In this document: in pieces, positions 1 to 12,683 of the stretch
How positions within the stretch are numbered: position 1 is the first letter of the stretch
Layout of the letters: the number at the start of each line of letters is the position of its first letter
Origin: Octopus bimaculoides
Lineage: Eukaryota
Assembly (NCBI RefSeq): GCF_001194135.2
Contig: NC_068982.1
Coordinates: forward strand, 156,108,082-156,172,081
Reading direction: 5' to 3'
DNA length: 64,000 nucleotides
Program-made: the position numbers and the translations under genes
The notes under the pieces: model-generated
Database searches by the model: none
The model's input: only the letters and a program-made list of their open reading frames with translations
Told to the model about the DNA's origin: nothing

Positions 1-228
1 CTTCTCTGAGCGTCTTTTAATACTTTGCATGTACCACGTTCTTGTTTTTTTCTTGTTTTGTTTTTTTTCTAACTAATATACTATATCTATTAACGATTAA
101 ATGTTATGTAGCTTGTTTAAAAATTAAAGCCGATTTTAAACGGAATCAAGCAACAATGGCGGCAAAGACAAAATCGCTAGAAACAACTACACACTTCTTC
201 AATACAAACGCAACTACAACAATAACAG

Positions 229-245
229 CAACAACTACTGCTACC

Positions 246-292
<47 letters not shown>

Positions 293-332
293 CGTTACTA
301 CTACTACCATCATCATCATCATCATCATCACC
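229..332. repeat. Compound trinucleotide microsatellite (ACT/ACC/CAT)n
   Basis: Direct tandem ACT, ACC and CAT units; explains the poly-T/poly-I/poly-V ORFs here. Confidence 0.95.
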
Positions 333-669
333 ATGTTAAGAACACCACCCACAGATACGTTAACTGCACTACATAGAGAAACAACTACATTTCTTAAGAA
401 GTATGAGAAATTAATTTGCCGTATTATATCCACTGGAAACGTAATTAGCATGTTTGATTGAGGAAAGTTGCTTGTCTTGCTTCACCTATCGTTAGCTCTA
501 AGATTTACAATAAGGTTTTGGCCGCAGGCTATATAAACGACGAATGACGACGCCTTTTTTTTATATATGTATGCATGTATGTATGTCTGTATACATACAT
601 ACAAACATACAAACATACACACATACATATACACATAGACATATATATAGACATATATATACATATATA

Positions 670-728
<59 letters not shown>

Positions 729-1489
729 NNNNNNNNNNNNNNNNNNNNNNNNNNNNNNNNNNNNNNNNNNNNNNNNNNNNNNNNNNNNNNNNNNNNNNNN
801 NNNNNNNNNNNNNNNNNNNNNNNNNNNNNNNNNNNNNNNNNNNNNNNNNNNNNNNNNNNNNNNNNNNNNNNNNNNNNNNNNNNNNNNNNNNNNNNNNNNN
901 NNNNNNNNNNNNNNNNNNNNNNNNNNNNNNNNNNNNNNNNNNNNNNNNNNNNNNNNNNNNNNNNNNNNNNNNNNNNNNNNNNNNNNNNNNNNNNNNNNNN
1001 NNNNNNNNNNNNNNNNNNNNNNNNNNNNNNNNNNNNNNNNNNNNNNNNNNNNNNNNNNNNNNNNNNNNNNNNNNNNNNNNNNNNNNNNNNNNNNNNNNNN
1101 NNNNNNNNNNNNNNNNNNNNNNNNNNNNNNNNNNNNNNNNNNNNNNNNNNNNNNNNNNNNNNNNNNNNNNNNNNNNNNNNNNNNNNNNNNNNNNNNNNNN
1201 NNNNNNNNNNNNNNNNNNNNNNNNNNNNNNNNNNNNNNNNNNNNNNNNNNNNNNNNNNNNNNNNNNNNNNNNNNNNNNNNNNNNNNNNNNNNNNNNNNNN
1301 NNNNNNNNNNNNNNNNNNNNNNNNNNNNNNNNNNNNNNNNNNNNNNNNNNNNNNNNNNNNNNNNNNNNNNNNNNNNNNNNNNNNNNNNNNNNNNNNNNNN
1401 NNNNNNNNNNNNNNNNNNNNNNNNNNNNNNNNNNNNNNNNNNNNNNNNNNNNNNNNNNNNNNNNNNNNNNNNNNNCCACCACCACCACC

Positions 1490-1539
<50 letters not shown>

Positions 1540-1559
1540 AACGGCTTTCAAATTTTGCT

Positions 1560-1710
1560 GCAAGACCAACAGTTTAGGGGAAGAGGGCAAGTCGATTGTA
1601 TCGACCCCTGTACTCGACTCGTACTTATTTTATCGACCCCGAAAGGATGAAAGGCAAAGCCGAATTCGACGGTATTTGAACTGAGAACGAAAAATCGGAC
1701 GAAATAACAA
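1560..1710 (-). mobile_element. tRNA-derived SINE family A, partial
   Basis: Contains TTATCGACCCCGAAAGGATGAAAGGCAAAG...ATTTGAACTGAGAACG, the reverse complement of the family A body seen in more than 15 copies in the window. Confidence 0.8.
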
Positions 1711-2502
1711 GAACAAGAACAAGAACAACAACAACAACAACAACAACAGTAACTATAATCCTCATCATAATGATAACGTTGATAGTGATAATACTATTGA
1801 TAAAAATATGAAACATATTCAAATAATAATAATAATAACAAATATTTTTTTTATCAATAATAATATTAATGATGACAATGACGATGTTGAAGATTTCTTT
1901 TTCTCTTCTGAAAATTAATAACAATATATTTTCCTGCTACTAATAATAATTACAATAATACCAATAATTAGATAAGTAAAAAAGAAGAAAATATGAGATT
2001 ATGTGGGGTATTTTGAAGATATTCCTTTGAGGCATTCCATTTTCAGTCGACATCAATGAATCACCAAACATGCATTTAATTATTTTTAAAATAAATTACT
2101 GAACGCAAATATTTTCTTGTATGCAAAGGGTTAAGACAATATTAGTAATAAGGTTGAAATATAAATACTTAAATGAAATGAACATGCAGAGTGTCTTTAA
2201 TGAGCTCTGTATATCCTATGATATTAAACATCGAAGAAAGAAATTTGCCCGAAGGGAATAATCTAGATGATATACATAGAGACGAATTTAAACGAATAAT
2301 ATGAATATATATATATATATATATATATATCAATAAACATAGGTATGTATATATGATATAAGTGTGTGTGGTGGAGACTCCGTCGGTTTCGTTGATATGT
2401 ACTCAAGTGAATTTCTATTTGTGAAATTAACGTTTTAAGCGGCATACATGTTTATCCTTAACATTATTCACAGGACGAATCAGCGCCATGAAACTACCTA
2501 AT

Positions 2503-2557
<55 letters not shown>

Positions 2558-2982
2558 NNNNNNNNNNNNNNNNNNNNNNNNNNNNNNNNNNNNNNNNNNN
2601 NNNNNNNNNNNNNNNNNNNNNNNNNNNNNNNNNNNNNNNNNNNNNNNNNNNNNNNNNNNNNNNNNNNNNNNNNNNNNNNNNNNNNNNNNNNNNNNNNNNN
2701 NNNNNNNNNNNNNNNNNNNNNNNNNNNNNNNNNNNNNNNNNNNNNNNNNNNNNNNNNNNNNNNNNNNNNNNNNNNNNNNNNNNNNNNNNNNNNNNNNNNN
2801 NNNNNNNNNNNNNNNNNNNNNNNNNNNNNNNNNNNNNNNNNNNNNNNNNNNNNNNNNNNNNNNNNNNNNNNNNNNNNNNNNNNNNNNNNNNNNNNNNNNN
2901 NNNNNNNNNNNNNNNNNNNNNNNNNNNNNNNNNNNNNNNNNNNNNNNNNNNNNNNNNNNNNNNNNNNNNNNNNNNNNNNNNN

Positions 2983-3021
<39 letters not shown>

Positions 3022-3259
3022 CAAATATATATGTGGGGTGGGCTGCATATGTGTGTGTGTGTATTTTAATTTTTTTAGAAATAAATTTAAAGTGAATTTA
3101 AATATTTTGCTTGCTTTTAATTATTAAAATTTTCTCTACCATGATGTAATTGCATCAGTCTTAACGTAAGGTCTCAGATAAATCTACTCCCACAGACAAG
3201 TACAGGTGAATCAATAAAAACTCCAAACAGCCGTAAAAAACCCCCAACATTCTCCATGG

Positions 3260-3540
3260 ATATTGTTACACCTGTTCAACTGGGTACATCGTATAAGCAG
3301 GCCATCGTCAAACAGCCTGCATCCCCTACGCTGGTTTGAATATGAACATGGAAGCAACAGCATACCTGAATCAATCTGACGTAGGTAACCTTCAACAAGC
3401 AGCTAGCATTGTGGACCCACATTGAGCTACATGATGCTTCTCGATACTAGTCAGGTTGCTGTTGATAATGTCCTGTATGTCTGGACTTACTGGACAGGTT
3501 CAGCCGCCCCGAAACTTACGGCCGTTGAGCATATTCTCTT
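3260..3540 (+). mobile_element. Possible very decayed Tc1-like transposase remnant
   Basis: WTYWTGSAAPKLTAVEHIL resembles the Tc1 motif WPxxSPDLxPIEHxW, preceded by a QQ...PH-like segment; many stops. Confidence 0.25.
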
Positions 3541-3835
3541 TCTCAAGCAAGTCTTTTATTCTTATCCATGTGTATATAAAGTTCTAAAACAAGGTTATTA
3601 ATATCACTATACTTAAGCAACATCTTAAAATACAAAACTACCCTCCGGGAGAATTCTAATATTTAATAAACTCATGACATTGGAAATGACTAATTTGGCT
3701 ACTTCCCTAACGAATATATCAATAACAAAAGTGATGCACAAGTACTCAACTCTGAGTGCACTGCATTTTACAGCAGAAACAGCCGTAAGCTAACGAAGTT
3801 GATTATGGAAATTATGTTTCCTAGTCATTTATTTA

Positions 3836-3884
<49 letters not shown>

Positions 3885-4382
3885 GCATGAAATTAAATAA
3901 TTGAAAAGGAATTTATATAGTGTATATATATATACTTACGTACACTGTGTTCATTTTCAATAATTAGGATGATAAGGTAAATATTGTATCATTTATTCAT
4001 AATAATGGCGACATAATGTTTCCCTGCTGTTTTTGTAAAACTTATGTATACAGATACACGAGCAACGGCAACAACATCAACAAACTAAAAACCAAGGTTG
4101 GACAAACAAAATATAAACAATAAATATTATTTTAAAATACAAATATATTTATACATATCATTCATTTATAAAATTAATAACAAAACAAGAAGGAAAAAAA
4201 TTAAACGTCTTCCAGGAGTGCTATCTTTTTATCTAATCATCTAAGAACACCACATGTTTCCTATATTGCATATTAGAACGTTAAAGCTTAATTTTATTAC
4301 CTTTGGCTCTATTTATGTTATAAATTAAAGAGTTCTTTCTTACGCAAATATACACACATGCTTGAACTCACTCATAGGTACA

Positions 4383-4434
<52 letters not shown>

Positions 4435-4728
4435 GTGTGTGTGCGTATGCATGTATGTATATATGGTTATATATATGCAGGCATATGCATACAAGTACAG
4501 GGAAAACAATGATTAGAAAATAAAACATGTGTCGACAAATGAATATATTGTAGACATCTCGTAGAAGGTTACAACGCCGATTGAATAACAATAGTGCAGG
4601 AAAACAATATTTTCGCATATTATCTATCTATACCGCTGCCTCCCTTTCACGCTATACTCGTATGTTCGTATGTAAGCATGCATGATACATGACAACATAC
4701 ATAATATATGTATAATATATGCTATATG

Positions 4729-4761
<33 letters not shown>

Positions 4762-4981
4762 NNNNNNNNNNNNNNNNNNNNNNNNNNNNNNNNNNNNNNN
4801 NNNNNNNNNNNNNNNNNNNNNNNNNNNNNNNNNNNNNNNNNNNNNNNNNNNNNNNNNNNNNACATACACACACATGCGTATAATATTTTATTCTTTTATT
4901 AGTTTCCATCATTAGATTATGGTAATTTAGTTTTTATGCTGAACCTAGTACATGAAATGAATACTTTATTATCTATCTGAA

Positions 4982-5205
4982 TACGATGGGGTGCTAAAAA
5001 GTTCCTGGCTTTGTGTAAAAGAAAACACAGGAGGATCAGTTAATTTTTATTTTATTCAAGATGTTCCCCTCTCAGATTCACACACTTATTGCAGCGATCT
5101 TTCAGTTTTCCTAAGCCCTGTAAAAGAACTCTGAAATTTGGGCCTCCGACTAGGCTTTATACGTGATACTCTTAAAGCCAGGAACTTTCCAGCACTCCCC
5201 TCCTA
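4982..5205. mobile_element. Mariner-type MITE (about 30-bp TIRs, TA ends)
   Basis: Left TACGATGGGGTGCTAAAAAGTTCCTGGCTTT and right AAAGCCAGGAACTTTCCAGCACTCCCCTCCTA are imperfect inverted repeats bounded by TA; no ORF inside. Confidence 0.85.
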
Positions 5206-5249
5206 TATTGAATGGCTTTGATTTCAAGATTCGGTATAAACACGATGGC

Positions 5250-6535
5250 ATTTGACAAAAATAATTTCACTCGGTGGACCAACAAACTGGTTGGAAAGTA
5301 CTGGAGTCTTATGGATGCCCTGAATAGCTTGTGAACATCATGAAACAGTTCAACACAAAATTGAAAGCCCTAGTCTTAGTTGGCAGATTATATAGTGGAA
5401 CGTTTGCATTCAACTACGGTGTGAGGCAACAGTGCGTGCTTCCTCACTCCACACTCTTCTTTCTACCTCTGCTTGACATCATGTGGGTCAGTCTGCACAA
5501 GGAGGTTTTCATCTTCATCAGAACAGCTCTTCAACTTAGCCCGTCTTCGTGCGTCCTCCAAAATTAGGGACATGTGCATCAGGGAGCTGATCTATATAGA
5601 AGTTTCAGCTGTAGTAACCAGCAGAATTCAGGATATGCAACATATTAACCAATTTTCTTTGGCAGTAGACATGTTCGTTCTCAAGATCAACATTTCGAAG
5701 ACTGAACTGCTCTACCAGCCGTCAAGGTGTCCTAATAGACTGAGTGAGCTCGAGCCAGAGACAGTACACAAAGAGCCTTTGAAGTACACTAAAACTCTTA
5801 CTTGTCTCGGGAGCGCGGTGGTTTATATTAACTCTTCTGACCTCGAAGTTGAGAAGTGTATACAATCTGGTTTCGGTTGTCTTTAGAAGCGTCTCTGGAG
5901 CAGCCATAACATCACCTGGAACGCGAATATAAAAGTGTACAAAGTTGCAGTGCTCCTTTGCCTCCTCTGCACCACTGAATGCATACCTGCCTACCACAGG
6001 TGCATCAAGGCCCTGTTGCGAGTCTAACTTCGTCATCTGCGTTCCATCTTGCATATCAGACAATAGATTGCATTCTTGGTGTAGAAGTCCTGCGTCGCGT
6101 TGACGTGTCAAGTGTGGAGGCCTTCATTACTTCGTCGCAGATGCGCTGATGAGATATGTTTTCAGGTGGAGGGTAGCAGACTCGGAGCAGGAGGAGCCTT
6201 CGTGGCCAAAGGTTGCGATACGGAGTTGTGTTGAGACATATGAAAAACTCCCGCATTTCCTCAGACACCCGAGAAGAGAAGATCCTGGGACGCGATGAGT
6301 GGCACTGATCACTGAAGCTCACAATTCCAGCCATTCAAAAGAAATAACAGAGAGAGGGCGAAAGAGCACACGAGGGGCGTCATTTGTCCCTTGCATCAAG
6401 TAACTTCTCTTGTAGCAGATGTCATCGGTGTTTCAGTTCAGGAGCAGGCCTCGTAACCCACTTGCGAGCCTACTATGGATGATTTCTGAACAGAACATTC
6501 AACGTCGACCTTCGAAGGATAGACGATGACAACGC
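5250..6535 (+). mobile_element. RTE-clade LINE, 5'-truncated and degenerate (RT, C-terminal C2H2-like motif, 3'UTR)
   Basis: WKVLESYGCPE*LVNIMKQF...GVRQQCVLPHSTLF (GVKQGCVLAPTLF-like), IRELIYIE..LKINISKTELLYQP, TCLGS, then CSRCHRCFSSGAGLVTHLRA and a 3' stem-loop; stops and frameshifts. Confidence 0.9.
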
Positions 6536-6824
6536 TCTAAATTATCTATCGAAATATTTGGGGTGGCTTAGATTTCAAGATACGGCATAAAAGGTTGTAA
6601 TATATACACAAGTACATACACTTAAGTGGAATACTTAAGGGGAAGCATTGTATGATGTTACATAAAAGAAACTTGTTGGGTAAGGCCAGGACAATGCGAG
6701 CTGAAATATAAAGCAACCTACAAACAGAAAATAGCGTAATCTTCAGTCAGAATCAACGTGATACACTTTAACAAATATGAAGTTTTAAATAACAAACACA
6801 ATACATAAATGCCACACACACATA

Positions 6825-6833
6825 CACACACAC

Positions 6834-6886
<53 letters not shown>

Positions 6887-6913
6887 TAATGTGTGTATGT
6901 ATGTTTGTGTGTG

Positions 6914-6974
<61 letters not shown>

Positions 6975-7010
6975 ACATAATGTGTGTATGTATGTTTGTG
7001 TGTATATATA
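6825..7010. repeat. (CA)n/(TA)n microsatellites with a duplicated 33-bp spacer
   Basis: AAACACATAATGTGTGTATGTATGTTTGTGTGT occurs at 6880-6912 and 6971-7003, around a (TA)n run. Confidence 0.85.
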
Positions 7011-7090
7011 TTTATCAGATGCAACAGAGTGACTCAAGAGAAGAGAGTTTCGTGCTTTAGCACTTAACTCTCTCTCACTCATATATATAT

Positions 7091-7545
7091 AGTGGTTGTC
7101 TACTCCTTACACAGAGTTTGACCACCTCCTGCACCTACACCTTAGCCCGTTCATGGCGTCTGATGTGGCTTTTTAAACCAGACCGTGTTTTGAAATAACA
7201 CCCACACAGATTGCACTTCTGATTTGCACTACCAATACCTGCAAGTAAGTTCTGCTCATTGTGGATCCTAACATGTCTTTTAAGACCCCCATTGGATTTG
7301 CAAACCCTCTGGCAAACGTGTGCACAGACATATAATCAGAATAGCTGGTTGAAGTTTGTTTTCCATGGGTTCGCAGGTGAGATTTGAGGCCAGCCAAAGA
7401 CAGACATGGTCTGTCACAGACTGTGCACACAAAAAGGTCCTTGTCATTCACCTTCTCGATCTTTACATTTTTATTTAAATATCTCTTGAGCCCTGCAGCA
7501 TTAAGGGTTTTAATTCTTATTTCTTGCAATTTCTTCAGCACTCTC
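7091..7545 (-). mobile_element. RTE-like LINE 3' end encoding three tandem C2H2 zinc fingers
   Basis: CTVCDRPCLSLAGLKSHLRTH (7427-7365), a frameshift, then C..VCQRVCKSNGGLKRHVRIH and CNLCGCYFKTRSGLKSHIRRH, TAG at 7137-7135, a short 3'UTR hairpin and a (TA)n tail; no TGEKP linkers. Confidence 0.7.
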
Positions 7546-7584
7546 AGTCATAATTGATGACCGTTAAATATTTCCTATATAAAT

Positions 7585-7668
7585 ACACTTACACACATAC
7601 ATACATACATACATACATACATACATACATACATACATACATACATACATACAGACATACACTCAAAT

Positions 7669-7740
<72 letters not shown>
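7585..7740. repeat. (TACA)n(CA)n microsatellite
   Basis: Direct tandem repeats. Confidence 0.95.
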
Positions 7741-7741
<1 letters not shown>

Positions 7742-8329
7742 AACACACCAACGAACGTCTTCTACAGCCGAAACAAACCCAAATTTGTAAGAAATGCTTG
7801 AATATGTCCCCTTTATATTCTGAATTCCTTTGGATTGCTTGTTTTGAAGTTTAACAGTTATGTTCTTGTAGCTAAAATATAAGCCTTATCAATGAATTTT
7901 GGCGACGGAATCTGAGTGGAAATCCGTCGTATCTATGAGACTGTAGGTTTAAGTCCCTGAACTTCAGCAAGCTACAACCATATTGGTTTTGGTTCCCAAG
8001 GCTGATGAAAGGTGTGCCATGTCTAATTCTACTTTTCCATTAATCGGATGCTGTTAATTGTTGCATTTAACATAAGAGATGTGGAGATTTGGTTCTAATT
8101 CATTAGAACCAAATTTGAAGATCTTCATCTAAATGAAAATAAGACTCATCTGTTCATGTAATCGATATGTATTCAGATACTGTTTGGGGCGAAACAAATT
8201 ATGAAAGAAAACAGTTTTATATTATACCAAAATTAAGACACTAAAAAATGCAAACAAGCCGAACATTTATTATATAATAGAAAGAGATAATGTTAATTAT
8301 ACAGAAATAAGTCAATGAAAAACAAAACA

Positions 8330-8740
8330 CGTAACCCTCTGATATTAGTGTTCATACGTTGTTCTGCGATTATCTCCATTGGCATTCTCCCCAATGTTGA
8401 CTTCCTCAAAGCTGGATGTTGCTGTCTATTGTCATTGACGAATGAAAAGGAGCTGCACCTGTTTCTGTCTTCATTTTCCGTTCAGATCCTTAATCAGAGC
8501 AGTGGCCCATCCTGCTCTCTCATTCGTCGCTGCAAGCTTAGAAACAACATTCCAAGCTTGAATGTTTTCAAACTTTGAAGTTTCGACAAGAATCCTCGGA
8601 TATTCCATGAGACGAATTGTGTCATAATCCCTTAAAATTCTTGAGGAACAAAGTCTGAAGATTAGATGTCATTCTAATGGTTTTCTCGAGACTTTGTATC
8701 GAATGCTGCAACGATATACATTTTATTGCAGTATTAAAAC
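8330..8740 (-). mobile_element. Possible decayed DNA-transposase C-terminus, unclassified
   Basis: Minus frame reads ...FENIQAWNVVSKLAATNERAGWATALIKDLNGK* then ...NRQQHPALRKSTL, resembling the V.KL.VVND.AER...LI.DFN...HRK.FP..K.TL tail of some invertebrate transposases. Confidence 0.3.
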
Positions 8741-9359
8741 GCTCGTAACTGAAGAATTAAATGTAATGCCATAAATTCTAGCATAAATTCTGCCATAAAT
8801 TCTACATATAATACATACAAACACACTCCAATGAACAAATATATGCGCACATACATGCATGCATACTCTCGCATATGCAAACAAGCAGCACAGTCCATGT
8901 GTGAATATGCGAAAACGTAAGAGGCGTATGAATAAGGAATCATCTTGGTGTTTATCGTTTTATGTTTCTATGGATATAAGTTTCTGTATTCTCATGAGCC
9001 CAAGTTCTCGTAATTCCATTTGCTCATTTTGTTATTTGTAGTAATACAATTATTATTGTAATCTTATACTTCTAATATTTATATATTTATGCATTTATAA
9101 AAATTTTCTTCTAATTTTTATATAATTTTCAAACAATTCTTAAATAAAGATTACACATTCCTTAATTTGATTTTCATAAATATTTTATCAATTTAATGTA
9201 TTCCTTATTGCAATTAAGCACTCAAGAGTTATTAAATTCATATAATTAAGGATTCGGTGTATTCATTTATTCACTTATTCGTAATTTACTCATAATTTAT
9301 AAATTTTGTATATCTGAACTAGTAGCCGTACACAAATATACGTATGCATAGCTCCATGT

Positions 9360-9520
9360 CTGTATGTATGTATGTATGTATGCATGTATGTATGTATGTA
9401 TGTATGTATGTATGTATGTATGTATGTATGTATGCATGCATGTATGTATGTATGTATGTATATATGTATGTATGCGGATATAAGATGTATAAAAGTATAT
9501 ATATATATATATATATATAT
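9360..9520. repeat. (TATG)n/(TA)n microsatellite
   Basis: Direct tandem repeats. Confidence 0.95.
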
Positions 9521-10042
9521 AGTAAGAACGGAAATGTAGGGTTCCAAAAGAGGATGGAGATATGTGTTCCTCTATGTGGATTATGTATGTGAGTATGCAT
9601 GTATTTGCATATATATTTCTGTAAACACATACATGTGGATGTATTGATATATATATGTAAACACATATATATGCATGTATGAATCTATATACGTGTATAT
9701 GTCTGGTTGTACACACATACGTATATATGTAAATGCGATTGCTAATCTGGATGTCTTTTGGAAACTATCTCTTGTATAATATACATTAAACGTTAAGCGT
9801 CACACCACGATACACAAATGATCGATTTTAGCTGAAATATGTAAATAGTAGAGTTACAGATATTTAATGCACAAAACAAATATATTTATATTTTTAATTA
9901 TTAAACATAGTAACAAATATAGTAACGACTTGAGCGGAAATTTCATATACGTCTTCCTGTTTGGTAAAGATGCCTCTATAACAGAACAGTATTATAATAG
10001 CAATTCACTATTTACGATTTATAGGAATAAATAAATATTTAA

Positions 10043-10083
<41 letters not shown>

Positions 10084-10365
10084 NNNNNNNNNNNNNNNNN
10101 NNNNNNNNNNNNNNNNNNNNNNNNNNNNNNNNNNNNNNNNNNNNNNNNNNNNNNNNNNNNNNNNNNNNNNNNNNNNNNNNNNNNNNNNNNNNNNNNNNNN
10201 NNNNNNNNNNNNNNNNNNNNNNNNNNNNNNNNNNNNNNNNNNNNNNNNNNNNNNNNNNNNNNNNNNNNNNNNNNNNNNNNNNNNNNNNNNNNNNNNNNNN
10301 NNNNNNNNNNNNNNNNNNNNNNNNNNNNNNNNNNNNNNNNNNNNNNNNNNNNNNNNNNNNNNNNN

Positions 10366-10411
<46 letters not shown>

Positions 10412-10449
10412 CACCAGCAATCGGCTGGTAACCATTATAGCTATGTAGA

Positions 10450-10570
10450 CCGGTTGCAACGTGAAATGATGCGCCTTCCTCAAGGACACAATGTGCCGAT
10501 TGTTCGAGGACTTGAACATGCGACCTTGCGAGCGTGAGCCGAAAACTCCAATTACAGAGCTACGAGCATT
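10450..10570 (-). mobile_element. tRNA/CORE-like SINE family C, head fragment
   Basis: Reverse complement of GTGTCCTTGAGGAAGGCGCATCATTTCACGTTGC matches the family C copies at 39866 and 41571. Confidence 0.65.
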
Positions 10571-10607
10571 CAAAATATATACATACACCAATGCACATAC
10601 ACACACA

Positions 10608-10608
<1 letters not shown>

Positions 10609-10672
<64 letters not shown>

Positions 10673-10699
10673 GTCTGTCTGTCTGTCTGTCTGTTTGTT

Positions 10700-10764
<65 letters not shown>

Positions 10765-10767
10765 CTA
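10609..10767. repeat. (TATC)n/(TGTC)n microsatellite
   Basis: Direct tandem tetranucleotide repeats. Confidence 0.95.
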
Positions 10768-11342
10768 TTCTTTTTTCTCCCCTTCACCGTTTTTCTCTCT
10801 CCCTCTCCCTCTTCTTTCTTTACTCTCTCTCGTTGCTCAAATTTGACCATCGTCCATCTTTCTTTTCCTCACGTAATCATCTTTCTTTTTCTTCAGTCTG
10901 TCGAACCGACCAGACACATTCTTACCTGTCTTCTCTTCTATCTTTTCTGTTGTCAAAGAATATCCTTCTAGCATTCACTACCTTACCTCGTCTAGCCTAA
11001 CGGCCCTCCATGTTTGTTTTCGTTTGGTTTGTTGTATGTCTCCACTATCCTATTTTTGTTACAAGGTTTGACCTTCCGCAAATCCCAAATTTTATTTTGG
11101 TTCGCGGAAGCAACTGTTTTCGAAGCCTCATATTGTCGTTAATTGTCGAAATGTGGAATAGATGAACAACTGATGAAGGGCTGTTTTTTATGATACTTGT
11201 CTTGTTTTCAATTTGTTTCTCTCGTTGTTCGCATACCCAAGTTCGCCTTCGTATTTCCTGTTGTTTACGTTTTGTAACGTCCTGTAGCCATATACGCATA
11301 TAATACGTATATATGTAGTATGTACATATATGTATGTATATA

Positions 11343-11426
<84 letters not shown>

Positions 11427-11453
11427 AATATACACATTCAAACTCATGTACAT

Positions 11454-11502
<49 letters not shown>

Positions 11503-12129
11503 ATACATATACACGGAGAAAGAGACAGGCAGACCGACTGCATATGTGCACCTGTGTGTATGTGTGCAAGTGCGTGTGCGGTATTTGTCTTCGAGCTGTA
11601 TCGTACATACGAATACCCGCATGATGGTAGGTAGAGTATGTGTCTAATGAAACATAACACAAAGATGAAACCCCAAAATCAAAACAACTACAAGAAACTT
11701 TTTCCTCAGATCAAACTTTGAAACGGAAGTGACGACACACGGCTAAGTTTATAATTTTCTCGCGTAGAATGCTAAAATGTTTTAGAACACTTCCGTTCTC
11801 CCACATTGTCTAACACTTCTAACTAACTGGAAGATAAACAAAAGCAACAACAATAACAACACCCAACAAGACACAGTATACTGGCGGCAATAATAGTTGT
11901 ATCTATCTTTGTTAATGCATCTATGAATACATGAAGTAATAAATGGCTAGAGAGTTAGGTGTAAAGGAAATTATGTTGATAAAGCCTAAAGTGTGGTGTT
12001 TTCGGCAAGTATTCATTTACTATGAAATAGATGGGTGGTTGGGCAGAAGTCTTTCTTTGTAACATAATGAAAATGAAAACACATTGCCTTCGGTAAATCT
12101 AACCACTTAATAACACTAGTTTGTATTTA

Positions 12130-12353
12130 TGGCTGCGAGTTGGCAGAGTCGTCAGCACGTCGGGCAAAATGATTAGCAGCGTTTCGTCAGTTTTCACGTT
12201 CTGATTTCCAATTCCGCTAATGTTGACTTTGCCTTTCAATCCTTTCGGGGTCGATGAAATAAGTACCAGTTGAACACTGGGGTCGATCTAATTGACTTAG
12301 TCTCTCCCCCGAAATTGCTGGCCTTGTTCCAAAATTCGAAACAATCATTATCA
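12130..12353 (+). mobile_element. tRNA-derived SINE family A
   Basis: A-box-like TGGCAGAGTCG, body GACTTTGCCTTTCAATCCTTTCGGGGTCGATGAAATAAGTACCAG, tail GGCCTTGTTCCAAAATTCGAAAC. Confidence 0.9.
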
Positions 12354-12354
12354 T

Positions 12355-12669
12355 ACAGTTCCATATTTTAAAGATGAGGAATTATTTACATTATTTACAT
12401 TATTTACATTTGACGGTATATGGCGTAGTGGTTAAGAGCGCGGTCTACTAACTCCAAGATTCCGAGTTCGATTCCAGGCAGTGACATGAATAATAATAAT
12501 AATAATAATAACATCGAAAAATACCTTAGGAATCAGAATCCAGGTTCGAAATTTCCCCAAGACACCTGATGAAGGCTGGAGGGTATATCAGCCGAAACGT
12601 TGTGTTAACAACAAACAAGATGAGGACAAAGATCCGTCAAATGTAAATAATGTAAATAATGTAAATAAT
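12355..12669 (+). mobile_element. Chimeric tRNA-SINE with Penelope-type tail (family P), preceded by an inverted copy of its 3' end
   Basis: 12355-12416 is the reverse complement of the tail; head 12420-12485 has A box TGGCGTAGTGG and B box GAGTTCGATTCC; then (AAT)n, a hammerhead motif and (TGTAAATAA)x3; homologous to 55550-55925. Confidence 0.85.
12561..12606 (+). ncRNA. Minimal type I hammerhead ribozyme motif (Penelope-like)
   Basis: Stem I GACAC/GTGTT; core CTGATGA(A); stem II GGCTG/CAGCC with a 10-nt loop; GAAA; palindromic stem III AACGTT; predicted cleavage after GUU (12601). Confidence 0.7.
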
Positions 12670-12683
12670 TATTATCCTAACAT

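Noticed and set aside
12420-12485. Apparent tRNA genes at SINE heads (also 39866, 42000, 44317, 55740)
   Set aside because: A and B boxes are present, but there is no complete acceptor stem or terminator and each continues into a repeated body, so they are SINE heads.
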